DNA of 64,000 bases, from assembly GCA_902555985.1 (NCBI GenBank), contig CACDUI010000003.1:12432-76431 (forward strand). Reading direction: 5' to 3'. The first letter of the stretch is position 1; each line of letters starts with the position of its first letter. Below the pieces are notes generated by a model. It ran no database searches and was not told the DNA's origin. It saw nothing but the letters and a program-made list of their open reading frames with translations. Below, in pieces: positions 39,810-49,206 of the stretch. This DNA is from an uncultured Candidatus Actinomarina sp. Its GTDB lineage: Bacteria > Actinomycetota > Acidimicrobiia > Actinomarinales > Actinomarinaceae. A program made the translations under genes and the position numbers.

Positions 39810-40580
39810 GTGAAGGTTTCTGAACTTCTTAAAATTGTTGATGGCATTGTGCCTCTAGAAAATGCTTTTGAGGATGATTTAGTAGGAATAACTATTGGTT
39901 CTGAAGAAAATGAGGTAAACGGAATAGTAGTTGCTCATGAATTAGACAAACAACTTTTGGATTATTGTTTAGATTTAAATATCAATACAGTAATCACTTA
40001 TCATCCACCTTCTTTCAATAAAATTTTAGGAGATGATAATATTGAAAGCTTTCATCCAGAACCTACAACTTTAGAATTCATTGATAATTTAATGAATGTA
40101 ATTACACTTCATACTGCTCAAGATGTTTGTATAGGGGGAAATGCAGATACTTTGGCAGAGCTGTTTAATTTAAAAAATATAAAATTATTTGCAATGACAA
40201 ATGATAAATACGGAGCAGGAAGAATAGGGGATATTGATGGTATTTTAGTTTCTAAATTTAACGAGTTAGTTGAGAGAATATTAAATACAAAATCAATAAG
40301 AACTAATGAATTCTTTCATAAAATAAAAGAAGTAAAAAGGATAGCGATTTTACCGGGTTCAGGAACACAATTCATTGATGAAATTATTGAAGATATTGAT
40401 ATTTATGTGACAGGCGATATTTCTCATAGGTATTTATTAAAAGCAGATGATGCACGTGTTGGCTTGCTTCAAATAGGCCATATTTCAAGCGAAATACCTG
40501 GAATGAAAAGGTTTGTTAATAAATTAAATAATGCTTTAAGTAAAGAATTAGAGTACATATATAGAGAATTTTATGAATGA
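39810..40580 (+). CDS. Nif3-like dinuclear metal centre protein
   Basis: D..G...G, ITYHP, LHT..D, PGSG, VTGD..H, GH..SE. Confidence 0.88.
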   Translation: MKVSELLKIVDGIVPLENAFEDDLVGITIGSEENEVNGIVVAHELDKQLLDYCLDLNINTVITYHPPSFNKILGDDNIESFHPEPTTLEFIDNLMNVITLHTAQDVCIGGNADTLAELFNLKNIKLFAMTNDKYGAGRIGDIDGILVSKFNELVERILNTKSIRTNEFFHKIKEVKRIAILPGSGTQFIDEIIEDIDIYVTGDISHRYLLKADDARVGLLQIGHISSEIPGMKRFVNKLNNALSKELEYIYREFYE

Positions 40581-41277
40581 ACCTTTTCTCCTCAGTAACT
40601 TGATTGAGTTACAAGAACTAGATAATGAGATATTTAAATTAATATCCCAGAAATCAGAAGGCGATACAGTTGTAAAACTTAAATCACTTGAATTAGACTT
40701 CAAAAAACTTCAAAAAAACAAACAAAATTATGAACAGGATTTACAACTGTATTTTGATGCTAAAGATCATATTGAAAAAAATATCATAGAATCGAAACTT
40801 AAAATTGATACAATAAACGAAAAATTGGGTTCTAACTTAGATGCATCTGAGTTGCAAAATTATAATCTACAAAAACAAAATTTTGAAAAAAACTTATTAG
40901 ATTATGAAAAATCTTTAATTGAACTTAATGATGAAAATGAAGAAGAATTAAGCAGCATAAATAAAACAAATCAATCATTAGAAGAATTAAAACCTAATTT
41001 AATTAATTTATCTAAAACTCTTCAAGCTGAATGGAAAGACATTGATTTAGGTATTGGAAAGTTTGAAAATGAAAAAAAGTTACTTTTGACAAGTTTTCCA
41101 AAAGAAATCATAGATCTATATGATGATTTAAAATCTAAAGGCGTAGAAGTAATAGCAGCTTATAAACGTGAAAACCAATGTGGTTGTTGTGGAGTAGAGC
41201 TTACCTCAAATGAAATGTATGAAATTACTAATTCTAGTTTTCAGCAATGCCCATATTGTATGGGAGTAGTAATTTAA
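40573..41277 (+). CDS. Coiled-coil protein with C-terminal C4 zinc ribbon
   Basis: L.ELQELD at the N-terminus, long heptad region, CGCC...CPYC; position between Nif3 and RNase H. Confidence 0.85.
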   Translation: MNEPFLLSNLIELQELDNEIFKLISQKSEGDTVVKLKSLELDFKKLQKNKQNYEQDLQLYFDAKDHIEKNIIESKLKIDTINEKLGSNLDASELQNYNLQKQNFEKNLLDYEKSLIELNDENEEELSSINKTNQSLEELKPNLINLSKTLQAEWKDIDLGIGKFENEKKLLLTSFPKEIIDLYDDLKSKGVEVIAAYKRENQCGCCGVELTSNEMYEITNSSFQQCPYCMGVVI

Positions 41278-41666
41278 TGTACAAAATATATTGTGACGGT
41301 GCGTCGCGTTCTAATCCTGGTGAAGCATCGATTGGAGTTTCAGTCACAAAAGAAGGTAATGAAATTGAATTTATTGCTAAAAAAATTGGTATAGCTACAA
41401 ACAATGTTGCAGAATATAAAAGCTTAAGATCAGCATTAATATATTGTGTAGAAAATAAAATTACAGATGCATGTATATATCTAGATTCTTTGCTTGTAGT
41501 TCAACAAGTCAATGAAAAATTTAAGGTAAAATCTGAAAACTTAAAAGAACTAAATGCACAATGTAAGGATTTAATGAGTCAGATTAATAGTCTCGAGATT
41601 ATTCATGTACGTAGGGAGAAAAATAAGCGTGCTGATGAGCTCGCAAATATTGCGTTGGATTCATGA
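41277..41666 (+). CDS. rnhA: Ribonuclease HI (stand-alone)
   Basis: YCDGASR.NPG, ATNNVAEY, DS.LVV.Q, HV.RE.N.RAD.LAN; TAATG coupling at 41275-41279. Confidence 0.92.
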   Translation: MYKIYCDGASRSNPGEASIGVSVTKEGNEIEFIAKKIGIATNNVAEYKSLRSALIYCVENKITDACIYLDSLLVVQQVNEKFKVKSENLKELNAQCKDLMSQINSLEIIHVRREKNKRADELANIALDS

Positions 41667-42139
41667 TTATATTGTGGACTACCAGTTTTTCTATACTTCT
41701 TTTCCTTTATATTTTTAAGGACAAAAATGCTGATCTAAGATTTGTAATTTTAGGTAGTTTGTTTCCAGTTTTTTTGGATTTTTTGCTTTACTTTCTCGGC
41801 GTTACTCAACAAAGTAAATTTATTGGTCATAGTATTTTTTTTATTATTATTTTATTTTTTTTAGTTATGATTATTACAAAAAGAGGAACACTATTTCGGT
41901 CTAATGCTTTATTATTTTCAATTGGCTCATTCTTTTATTTAGTTCTCAGTTTTACTTGGTTAAATCAACAAGTGATCCTTTATCCACTTTTTGAACAATC
42001 AGATGATAATTTTGCATTAGCAAATAACATACAATTTTTACTGGGTGTTTTGGGTTTATTTTATCTATTTTTTAAAATTAGAAATTTTGCTTCGTTGAAA
42101 AACTTTATTAGAACTGGTAAATTTACTTACTCGAAATAA
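41663..42139 (+). CDS. Small membrane protein, degenerate YdjM-like metal-dependent hydrolase family
   Basis: D.R....GSL.P..LD, GHS, 4-5 TM segments. Confidence 0.5.
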   Translation: MIILWTTSFSILLFLYIFKDKNADLRFVILGSLFPVFLDFLLYFLGVTQQSKFIGHSIFFIIILFFLVMIITKRGTLFRSNALLFSIGSFFYLVLSFTWLNQQVILYPLFEQSDDNFALANNIQFLLGVLGLFYLFFKIRNFASLKNFIRTGKFTYSK

Positions 42140-42866
42140 ACATATTTATAGAAACTAATGTTAAAAATATTCCAAAACCAATGTTCAATAAATCTCTTGG
42201 TATTACATTAAATGCTAAGGTTCCACCAACAATTGAACCTAAAACTCCAAATACTCCAACAATTAAACCAATCTTTAGTAGTTCAGTATCTTTTCTAATT
42301 TTAGTGGCAGCCGCAGTTAGCGCAGTAGGTATTGTTGTAAGTAATGAAATCCCTTGGGCAATAATTTGTTCAAAACCACCAAAAAATATCAGCATAGGAA
42401 TTCTAATAATCCCTCCACCAATACCCAGAAGACCAGAACCTATTCCTGACACAAGGCCGATTAAGAAATAAAGAACTAAGTTGTCTTGAAAAGCAGATGA
42501 GACAGATGTTGAAAAAATGATCCTATACGCAGAAGCTATTAATAGAATTGCAAATAATTTTTTCAGTAGTGCAGTATTAATACTTTCAGTTAATTTGCTT
42601 CCAATGTAACTTCCAAATATCCCTCCAAAAACAATTATCAAAATTTCAAATAACAAATTTGAACCATTTGAAAAATCGTTGAGAACATAAGTAATACTGC
42701 TTCCAGATGCTACAAAGACTACAGCTAGGGATGACACACCTGTATTAATTTTGAAATCTGATTTAGTTAAATACGTTAAAAGAGGAACAAAGACAACCCC
42801 TCCACCTATGCCTAATATTCCCGAAAGCAGTCCACCAATGGAACCAATTATGAAATATATAATCAC
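42123..42866 (-). CDS. TauE/SafE sulfite-exporter family permease
   Basis: Duplicated G..SG.LGIGGG...P motif; about 8 TM segments. Confidence 0.9.
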   Translation of the reverse strand: MIIYFIIGSIGGLLSGILGIGGGVVFVPLLTYLTKSDFKINTGVSSLAVVFVASGSSITYVLNDFSNGSNLLFEILIIVFGGIFGSYIGSKLTESINTALLKKLFAILLIASAYRIIFSTSVSSAFQDNLVLYFLIGLVSGIGSGLLGIGGGIIRIPMLIFFGGFEQIIAQGISLLTTIPTALTAAATKIRKDTELLKIGLIVGVFGVLGSIVGGTLAFNVIPRDLLNIGFGIFLTLVSINMFISSK

Positions 42867-43847
42867 TTATTTTCGCAATTTGGGCAAAAGTTCTTTACCG
42901 AGTAATTTTATTGTTTCTTCCTGGTTAATAGAAGATATTTGAATAGTAACTATATCTGAATCAAATTCGTTAACTAAAGGACTATAAATTTCAACTAGAT
43001 CATCAATAGTCGATGCTTTTGAAAATTTAGCCATGATTTCTTCCTTAGGGAAGCTATCAGCTTCAATTCTTAGCGCTTCAGGATCTAATTGCTGAAGCCT
43101 GCTTGGAGCTCTAAGACCTCTCCATGACCTAAGGGCAGTCCATGCATCTTCATCGTTTTCAGCAAACATAGTCCATCTATATGTGTGAATAGATAGATTT
43201 TCCCTATTTAATTCACTACTTCTTTGTTTTGCTGGGTCGATAACTCTTTCATAGGAATCTTTAGGGTCTTTGACACTAATCATTAGCCCATCTGCATACT
43301 CCGCTGCTACTTGTGAAGATTTAGGCCCACCCGCAGCTAACCAAATTGGAATATTTTGATTAGGAGGTGAATATAATTTTGCTTTTTCTGTTGTGTAATA
43401 TTCACCATTAAAGTCTAATTTTTCTCCACTAAGCAATCTTCGAATAATAGTAAGGGCCTCTATAAGTCTATTTTTTCTTTCTTCATATTTAGGAAAATCA
43501 TACCCTAAAGGACCTTCATTTATATTTTCACCAGTTCCAACTCCAAGATGAAAAGTTGAAGGTGAAAGTCTATCAACTGTTGCAGCTGCCTGTGCAATAA
43601 CACCTGGATGAATTCTCCATAAAGGTGTTGTTACACCAGTACCAAGGTCCATTTCTGGAATTTTATTCGCAAGCGCACCTAGAGTCGTCCAGGTAAAATT
43701 TGATGCAGAATGGTCGTCTACCCATGGGTGAAAATGTTCCGAAATAGTTAACATATCAAAACCAGCTTCTCTTGCTATTTCTGCATGCTTTAATAAATCT
43801 TCAGGTTGCCACTGTTCAGATCCCAGAAAATAAGAAAATTTTGTCAT
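42867..43847 (-). CDS. F420-dependent LLM oxidoreductase, G6PDH-like family
   Basis: SEQ..P, SEHFHPW, GTGVT.P..R.HP...AQA.AT, LGVGTGE..NE, AKLY, AAGGP. Confidence 0.88.
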   Translation of the reverse strand: MTKFSYFLGSEQWQPEDLLKHAEIAREAGFDMLTISEHFHPWVDDHSASNFTWTTLGALANKIPEMDLGTGVTTPLWRIHPGVIAQAAATVDRLSPSTFHLGVGTGENINEGPLGYDFPKYEERKNRLIEALTIIRRLLSGEKLDFNGEYYTTEKAKLYSPPNQNIPIWLAAGGPKSSQVAAEYADGLMISVKDPKDSYERVIDPAKQRSSELNRENLSIHTYRWTMFAENDEDAWTALRSWRGLRAPSRLQQLDPEALRIEADSFPKEEIMAKFSKASTIDDLVEIYSPLVNEFDSDIVTIQISSINQEETIKLLGKELLPKLRK

Positions 43848-43879
43848 TTACATATATTAGCGAAACACTATTTTTAGGT

Positions 43880-43901
43880 GAGTGCCCCCTGAGGGGCACT
43901 C
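43880..43901. terminator. GC-rich hairpin just 3' of rnpB (terminator or processing stem)
   Basis: GAGTGCCCC-CTGA-GGGGCACTC, a perfect 9-bp stem; no U-tract on the rnpB strand. Confidence 0.6.
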
Positions 43902-43909
43902 GTGATTTT

Positions 43910-44239
43910 GTGAGATTATAAGCCGGATTCTGTATATGTTGCACATACGATAATCATCCATCTTGTATATTTGTTACCAAATATATCTAGCTACTTACCC
44001 GCAATTGTTTGCCGAGCCGGCTAATTGCTTCTTAGTATTGCTCCTAGAGGGGTTTACAAGCTTGTTTAATCACTTAAACAACTGGTGGTCTCTTACACCA
44101 CCTTTTCACCCTTGCTTATCTAAGATAAGCGGTTTGTTTTCTGCTGCACTTTCCGTCAATTACTTGCCTGGGAGTTACCCAGCTCTATTGCTCTACGGAG
44201 TCCGGACTTTCCTCGATAAATCGCGATTATCCATCTCAC
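43910..44239 (-). ncRNA. rnpB: RNase P RNA, type A (about 330 nt)
   Basis: Minus strand has GAGGAAAGTCCGGACTCC, AGTGCAGCAGAAA, AGGGTGAAA, TAAACCCC and ACAGAATCCGGCTTA; P1 is GTGAGAT/ATCTCAC. Confidence 0.96.
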
Positions 44240-44256
44240 TTAATTTATAGTAATTC

Positions 44257-44745
44257 TTAATTGGTTAGATGTGAATAGTTATTAATAATTTCTTGAAAAT
44301 CATTTATTGATATTGGACCAATGTACTTTTTGATCACTTCACCATTCTTCAAGATATGTGTTTCTGGAACCCCAAATACTCCAGAATAAATTGCTATTTT
44401 ACTTTTTTGGTCGACCAGGTAATTTATATTACCAGCTCCATATTCTGAAATGAATTTTAGTGCGTTGTCCCTACTGTCTTGAAAAGAAAGCATATACACA
44501 GAATCTTCGAATCCTTTAGTTTTTGATAATTCAATAAGGTAGGGGTGTTCTTCGATACATTCCAAACACCATGAAGCCCAGTAGTTGATAATCAGAAGCT
44601 CTTTATCTGATATATCAATATTTTCGCCTGTATCTAAAGTTTTTAAGTTATTTAAATCTGATGAATTTATAAAGATACCATCATCAGTAGCATTTGAACT
44701 ACAAAAAGAAATTAATAAGACGAATATAAGCAGTTTAATTTTCAT
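44257..44745 (-). CDS. ccmG: Thiol:disulfide oxidoreductase (CcmG/TlpA)
   Basis: NYWASWCLEC..EHP, GVFGVPET; last gene of the ccm cluster. Confidence 0.85.
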   Translation of the reverse strand: MKIKLLIFVLLISFCSSNATDDGIFINSSDLNNLKTLDTGENIDISDKELLIINYWASWCLECIEEHPYLIELSKTKGFEDSVYMLSFQDSRDNALKFISEYGAGNINYLVDQKSKIAIYSGVFGVPETHILKNGEVIKKYIGPISINDFQEIINNYSHLTN

Positions 44746-45271
44746 AAATTGACAATATTTCCTCGATTATTTCTAGATCGTCACCTGATAAAATAGGATT
44801 AGTCCTTAGAAGACTTAATATGTCATATCCCTCATTTCTAGTCTCTTCTTGTTGAATAAGGATAATTCCAAAATACGTCTTTGCTAGAAGTGAGTCTGGA
44901 GATATCGTTAATGCTTCTTCAATATAATTTAAAGACGTTGCAGTGTCACCTGAGTCATGTACCATCCATCCTATCTGAGATAATGCAAGACTTTTTAGTT
45001 CTAGATCTTCTGAATTTTGTGCGACATACATGAAGTGGGGTAGAGCACTTGAATAGTTAAATTCTTCAAAATATCTATTTGCAAGAGCTATTCGCATAGG
45101 AAAAATATTTGGATTTAGCTCTATGACTTTTTCCATTTCAGCATTTGATACATCTTCTAAGTTAGTTGAAGTATTTTCATTATTTGATGTATTCTCATTT
45201 AAATTTAAGAATAGAAACATAGGAAAAAGAAATAGAAACATTCCTGCATAAAGCCATTTATTTTTTAGCAT
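44735..45271 (-). CDS. TPR membrane-anchored protein (CcmI/CycH-like)
   Basis: N-terminal TM plus TPR-like helices; sits between ccmH and ccmG. Confidence 0.65.
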   Translation of the reverse strand: MLKNKWLYAGMFLFLFPMFLFLNLNENTSNNENTSTNLEDVSNAEMEKVIELNPNIFPMRIALANRYFEEFNYSSALPHFMYVAQNSEDLELKSLALSQIGWMVHDSGDTATSLNYIEEALTISPDSLLAKTYFGIILIQQEETRNEGYDILSLLRTNPILSGDDLEIIEEILSIYEN

Positions 45272-45617
45272 ATAATTTCCTTACAAATAACAAAATAAAA
45301 ATTGATATTAAAACTAATGGGATTATTAGTATTTCTAAATTTTGATTTATAGGATTTGTAATTATTCTTTCCCCATATCTTGAGACCCAAAAAGAGTATA
45401 TTTCATCATCTGTCATGCCGTTGTTTATTTGCTCTAAAAGAATAGCACCCATATCATCTGCATATTCTGATGGTGAGTCATAAATAGTCTCGCCTTGACA
45501 TACAGGGCACAATAACGATTTACTCCATTCTTCATATCTAGATTCATTATCGGGAAAAATACTTGGTAAAATCATTAACAGAACTAGTAGAAAAATAGTT
45601 AAATATTTATTTTTCAT
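45258..45617 (-). CDS. ccmH: Cytochrome c maturation protein CcmH
   Basis: LLCPVCQGE.I.DS.S..A, G.TD.EI.....RYGE. Confidence 0.9.
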   Translation of the reverse strand: MKNKYLTIFLLVLLMILPSIFPDNESRYEEWSKSLLCPVCQGETIYDSPSEYADDMGAILLEQINNGMTDDEIYSFWVSRYGERIITNPINQNLEILIIPLVLISIFILLFVRKLYAKK

Positions 45618-47502
45618 ATTTTCTCAATCTAGGTAAAAATGAAATACTTGATATAAATAAGCCAATCCACATAATAAAAATTCCATAATTGTTTCTAACG
45701 ATAAGCTTATAACTGTTCTCATCAATAAATTTTACAGTTATATAAATATCATTTAAAAAAGTTCTAAATACTGCTGGAGAACTTATTGCTTGTTGAGAAG
45801 AATTTTTAAATATATTTAGTGATGTAAACTTTGTATTACTTCCGTTTGATATGGGTAGTTTAATTATATTCTTTTCAGGTAAACTTTCTTCGATTGAATC
45901 ATAAACAAAGAAAGTTTGATTGTTGAAACTGAATTCTTCAAATGAGTTAATTTCTTTTTCTGTAGAGTAACTTTGACTTACATTAAAAATTATTCCTAAA
46001 GCAAAAATTCCAATTCCTAAATGTGCAATTTGACCAGTCCAATAAGAAGTATTTGTTTTTTTATTTCTAAAGTTTTTATAAAAATTGTTAAAAGTAATAA
46101 CAATCAGCAAAACAGAAATAATAACCGTAAAGATTAAAATGTACGAATTATTCAAGTAAAACAATATGAAAATACTTAAAACCAATGAGCTGTTTATTAA
46201 AATATTATTTTCTTCAACCCATTTTTCAATATTTATATTTTTTATTGGAAGTTTTACTGAAAAGATCATTAGTCCTAATAAAATCAACAAAAGAGGACCT
46301 ACTAAAATATCGTAATAAGATCTTCCAATTGTGATCTGTCTGCTGTACAAAGTTTCATATATTAACGGAAATATAGTGCCTATAAAGATAACAAGGGCAG
46401 ATGAAAATAGAAATATATTGTTGTATACAAAGAAACCTGATTTTCCAAACCAGTTCTCAATCTTTTTAGATTTAGAAAAATATTCAATATTTTTTGATCC
46501 TATAAAAATAAAAATGAAACCAAAAAACAACATTCCAAATAACAAATAGGTGCCGATATTTCCATTAGAAAATGCATGAACTGATATGAGCACACCAGAA
46601 CGAGTAACAAATGTGCCAAATATTGTTGATAAAAACATTAGCCCGACAAGAATATAATTCCAATTTAATAATGTGTTTTGAGATTTCTGTATCTTTGCTG
46701 AATGAAGAAAAGCTGTAGCAAGTAGCCAGGGAATAAATGATACATTTTCAACTGGATCCCAAGCCCAATAACCGCCCCAGCCTAATACCTCATATGACCA
46801 AGCCGCACCTAGGGTAATCCCAATTGTTAAAAACAACCATGGTATGTATGTTGTTTTTTCGGCAACCTCAACCCATGCATTAGTGTCATCACTTTTTGAA
46901 TATAGCCTACTTGTTGCTGCAACAAATGGCATTGTCATACCAACATATCCCACGTACAGCATGGGCGGGTGTATAGCCATAAGAGGGTGGTTTTGAAGTA
47001 GAGGATTAGGCCCACGTCCAATATTGCTAATTACTAATTCTTGAAAAGGTAGAATTGTTGAGTTACTACAGCCCACAACTGCAAGTTCTATGCAACCAGC
47101 AAATGGAGATGAACTAAAAACTGTGTATCCTACAAAAAATATCATAATAAGAGAAAAAATTTTAATATCTAGATCTGAAGAGTTATCTTTATAAAGTTTT
47201 AAATAAATATACATAAAAAAACTTAAGCAAAGATTCCACAACAAAATAGACCCATCTAATGATCCCCAAAGGGATGCAAACTTATAAAGAGGGGGAGTAG
47301 ATTTAGCTGAATAATTAGCAATATAAGATACAGAAAAATCATTCAAGAAAAGACCGATTTCAAGAAGGCAAAATAAGAAGATTTGAATAAATAAATTCAC
47401 TCTGACAAGTATTTCTGTATAGATATCTTTATTCTTAAAAAATAAAAATATTAGCAAAGCAAAACTTATCCAGCTGAAAATAATACCAGTGTTATAAATC
47501 AT
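45607..47502 (-). CDS. ccmF: Heme lyase CcmF
   Basis: DFSV.Y, W....GS.LLW, G.G.NPLLQ, HPP, W.YE.LGWGGYWAWDPVEN, SVHAF. Confidence 0.95.
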   Translation of the reverse strand: MIYNTGIIFSWISFALLIFLFFKNKDIYTEILVRVNLFIQIFLFCLLEIGLFLNDFSVSYIANYSAKSTPPLYKFASLWGSLDGSILLWNLCLSFFMYIYLKLYKDNSSDLDIKIFSLIMIFFVGYTVFSSSPFAGCIELAVVGCSNSTILPFQELVISNIGRGPNPLLQNHPLMAIHPPMLYVGYVGMTMPFVAATSRLYSKSDDTNAWVEVAEKTTYIPWLFLTIGITLGAAWSYEVLGWGGYWAWDPVENVSFIPWLLATAFLHSAKIQKSQNTLLNWNYILVGLMFLSTIFGTFVTRSGVLISVHAFSNGNIGTYLLFGMLFFGFIFIFIGSKNIEYFSKSKKIENWFGKSGFFVYNNIFLFSSALVIFIGTIFPLIYETLYSRQITIGRSYYDILVGPLLLILLGLMIFSVKLPIKNINIEKWVEENNILINSSLVLSIFILFYLNNSYILIFTVIISVLLIVITFNNFYKNFRNKKTNTSYWTGQIAHLGIGIFALGIIFNVSQSYSTEKEINSFEEFSFNNQTFFVYDSIEESLPEKNIIKLPISNGSNTKFTSLNIFKNSSQQAISSPAVFRTFLNDIYITVKFIDENSYKLIVRNNYGIFIMWIGLFISSISFLPRLRKYEK

Positions 47503-47900
47503 TCTGAGTAGTTTTCAACGTTATATGTTTCGCCATCACTTGAAACATATTCATTGTCATGTTTTACTAACATATCATCTGCAAAAAAAGCATCATCTTC
47601 AAATACACCATCAAGAATTACACCCATGTTTTCTTGAAATAGGTCTGGTATAAAACCATCAAATACTATTTCAATATCTTTATTTCCATCAGTGATCGTA
47701 AAAATTGTAAATCCAGCATCTTTAGATATTGAATTTTCTACAACAAAACCACCTAATTTAATTCTTTCATTTTTTGAAATTTCTATATTAGTTGTTTCTG
47801 ATGTCGTATAATAATAAATCGTATTCCTAGAGGCAATGATGGTACTTGCATAAATAATTAGTCCAATGCCCAAAAGGACAACGATAAAATTTTTCTTCAC
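47499..47900 (-). CDS. ccmE: Heme chaperone CcmE
   Basis: LGGFV, G..PDLF.E, KHDNEY (HxxxY). Confidence 0.92.
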   Translation of the reverse strand: MKKNFIVVLLGIGLIIYASTIIASRNTIYYYTTSETTNIEISKNERIKLGGFVVENSISKDAGFTIFTITDGNKDIEIVFDGFIPDLFQENMGVILDGVFEDDAFFADDMLVKHDNEYVSSDGETYNVENYSE

Positions 47901-47905
47901 TCTAC

Positions 47906-48574
47906 TTAAATTTTAGCTCTTGATTTAGGATTTAAATAATCGTCCCACAATATATCATTAGAATTTCTAAATTTTTTGGCAAGAAATACATGAACAAGTG
48001 TCACTAATAATACACTTAGCAATAAAGTTAGGAGGATATCAGTTGACATAGGTGCATCGCCTGATGCAACAGTTTCCTGACTCAAGATACTTGCTTGTTG
48101 ATGAACTGATCTCCACCAAATTACACTAAAGTGCAATATAGGAATTTGAATCACGCCAAAAATCCCAATAAAGGATGAATTTCTTGCAGTCTTTCCTAAA
48201 TCTTTATTAAATTGTCTAGATGCAATGTATCCTAAGTAAACAAGTAAAAGAATGGCTGTTAAGTTAAGTCTTGCATCACCCCAAACCCACCAAGTTCCCC
48301 AGGTCTGCTTACCCCAATATGAACCTGCAAGTAGGGTAATAACAGTAAACACAACTCCAGACTTTGCATTTGATACTGCTAATGAATCGAATTTATGTTT
48401 TTTAGTAAAAAAATATAGAACGGAGTATACAAAAGTCAGAGTATATCCAAGATAGGCAACCCAGACAGTAGGCACATGAATATACAAAAGTTTTGAGTAT
48501 ATACCTTGAGTAACATCGTAAGGTCCAAAAAAAGACAATCCAAGCCATACAACTAATGGTCCGTACAACATCAT
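47906..48574 (-). CDS. ccmC: Heme exporter subunit CcmC
   Basis: YIHVP, WWD motif GSYWGKQTWGTWWVWGDARL, WWRSVHQ. Confidence 0.93.
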   Translation of the reverse strand: MMLYGPLVVWLGLSFFGPYDVTQGIYSKLLYIHVPTVWVAYLGYTLTFVYSVLYFFTKKHKFDSLAVSNAKSGVVFTVITLLAGSYWGKQTWGTWWVWGDARLNLTAILLLVYLGYIASRQFNKDLGKTARNSSFIGIFGVIQIPILHFSVIWWRSVHQQASILSQETVASGDAPMSTDILLTLLLSVLLVTLVHVFLAKKFRNSNDILWDDYLNPKSRAKI

Positions 48575-49206
48575 TTTGCACTCCTTAAGTAAAAGTTAGT
48601 AAATGCATAAACTACCAAAGTAATACCTAAATACATTACTAAGTAAATATTACTGATGTCTTGATTTACACCTAACCAAAGTGGTGCAATCAAAATTGCG
48701 AAACCGATATAAATTGGAACAATTAGTGTAAATTGTACAAATCTATTACTGAAACTAGTAAATACCTGAAAAAATAGATTTATCATAATTGTGTTCAAAC
48801 AAAAAAATAATACAGCTAATGAAATGTGTATTAGAGGTGAATTAAGAGAAGTATTTGTGAATCCAGAAAAAAGGATTAACAGAAGAATAATCTGGGGATA
48901 AATTATTCCAACTTCTGAAACTGTTTTACTGTAAAAATAATCAACTTTTTTAATTGTTCCAAAATTTAATTCTTTAACTAATTTTTGTTCATCAAGAGGA
49001 TTTCTTATGGAAAAAAGAGTAGTAAAAATGATTAGAAATAAAAGTTCAACAATTAAAAAAATATCACTGTCAACTCGGAATCTATTTTCTGACAAAATAG
49101 GAAATAGAATTATTAGGACGCACATTGTTGGTGTAATTAAAAATAAAGAAGTGTTATTTCTAAATTCCATATTTATTTCTTTTTTAATTATGAATTTTTT
49201 AATCAT
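48571..49206 (-). CDS. ccmB: Probable CcmB permease (divergent)
   Basis: KKE...EFR at the N-terminus, 6 TM segments, position between ccmA and ccmC; sequence motifs are weak. Confidence 0.65.
   Translation of the reverse strand: MIKKFIIKKEINMEFRNNTSLFLITPTMCVLIILFPILSENRFRVDSDIFLIVELLFLIIFTTLFSIRNPLDEQKLVKELNFGTIKKVDYFYSKTVSEVGIIYPQIILLLILFSGFTNTSLNSPLIHISLAVLFFCLNTIMINLFFQVFTSFSNRFVQFTLIVPIYIGFAILIAPLWLGVNQDISNIYLVMYLGITLVVYAFTNFYLRSAK

Noticed and set aside
43963..44250. 95-aa ORF on the plus strand
   Set aside because: It is the antisense shadow of RNase P RNA
47895..47910. Hidden ccmD ORF between ccmC and ccmE
   Set aside because: The gap is only 5 nt and no convincing overlapping small TM ORF was noticed
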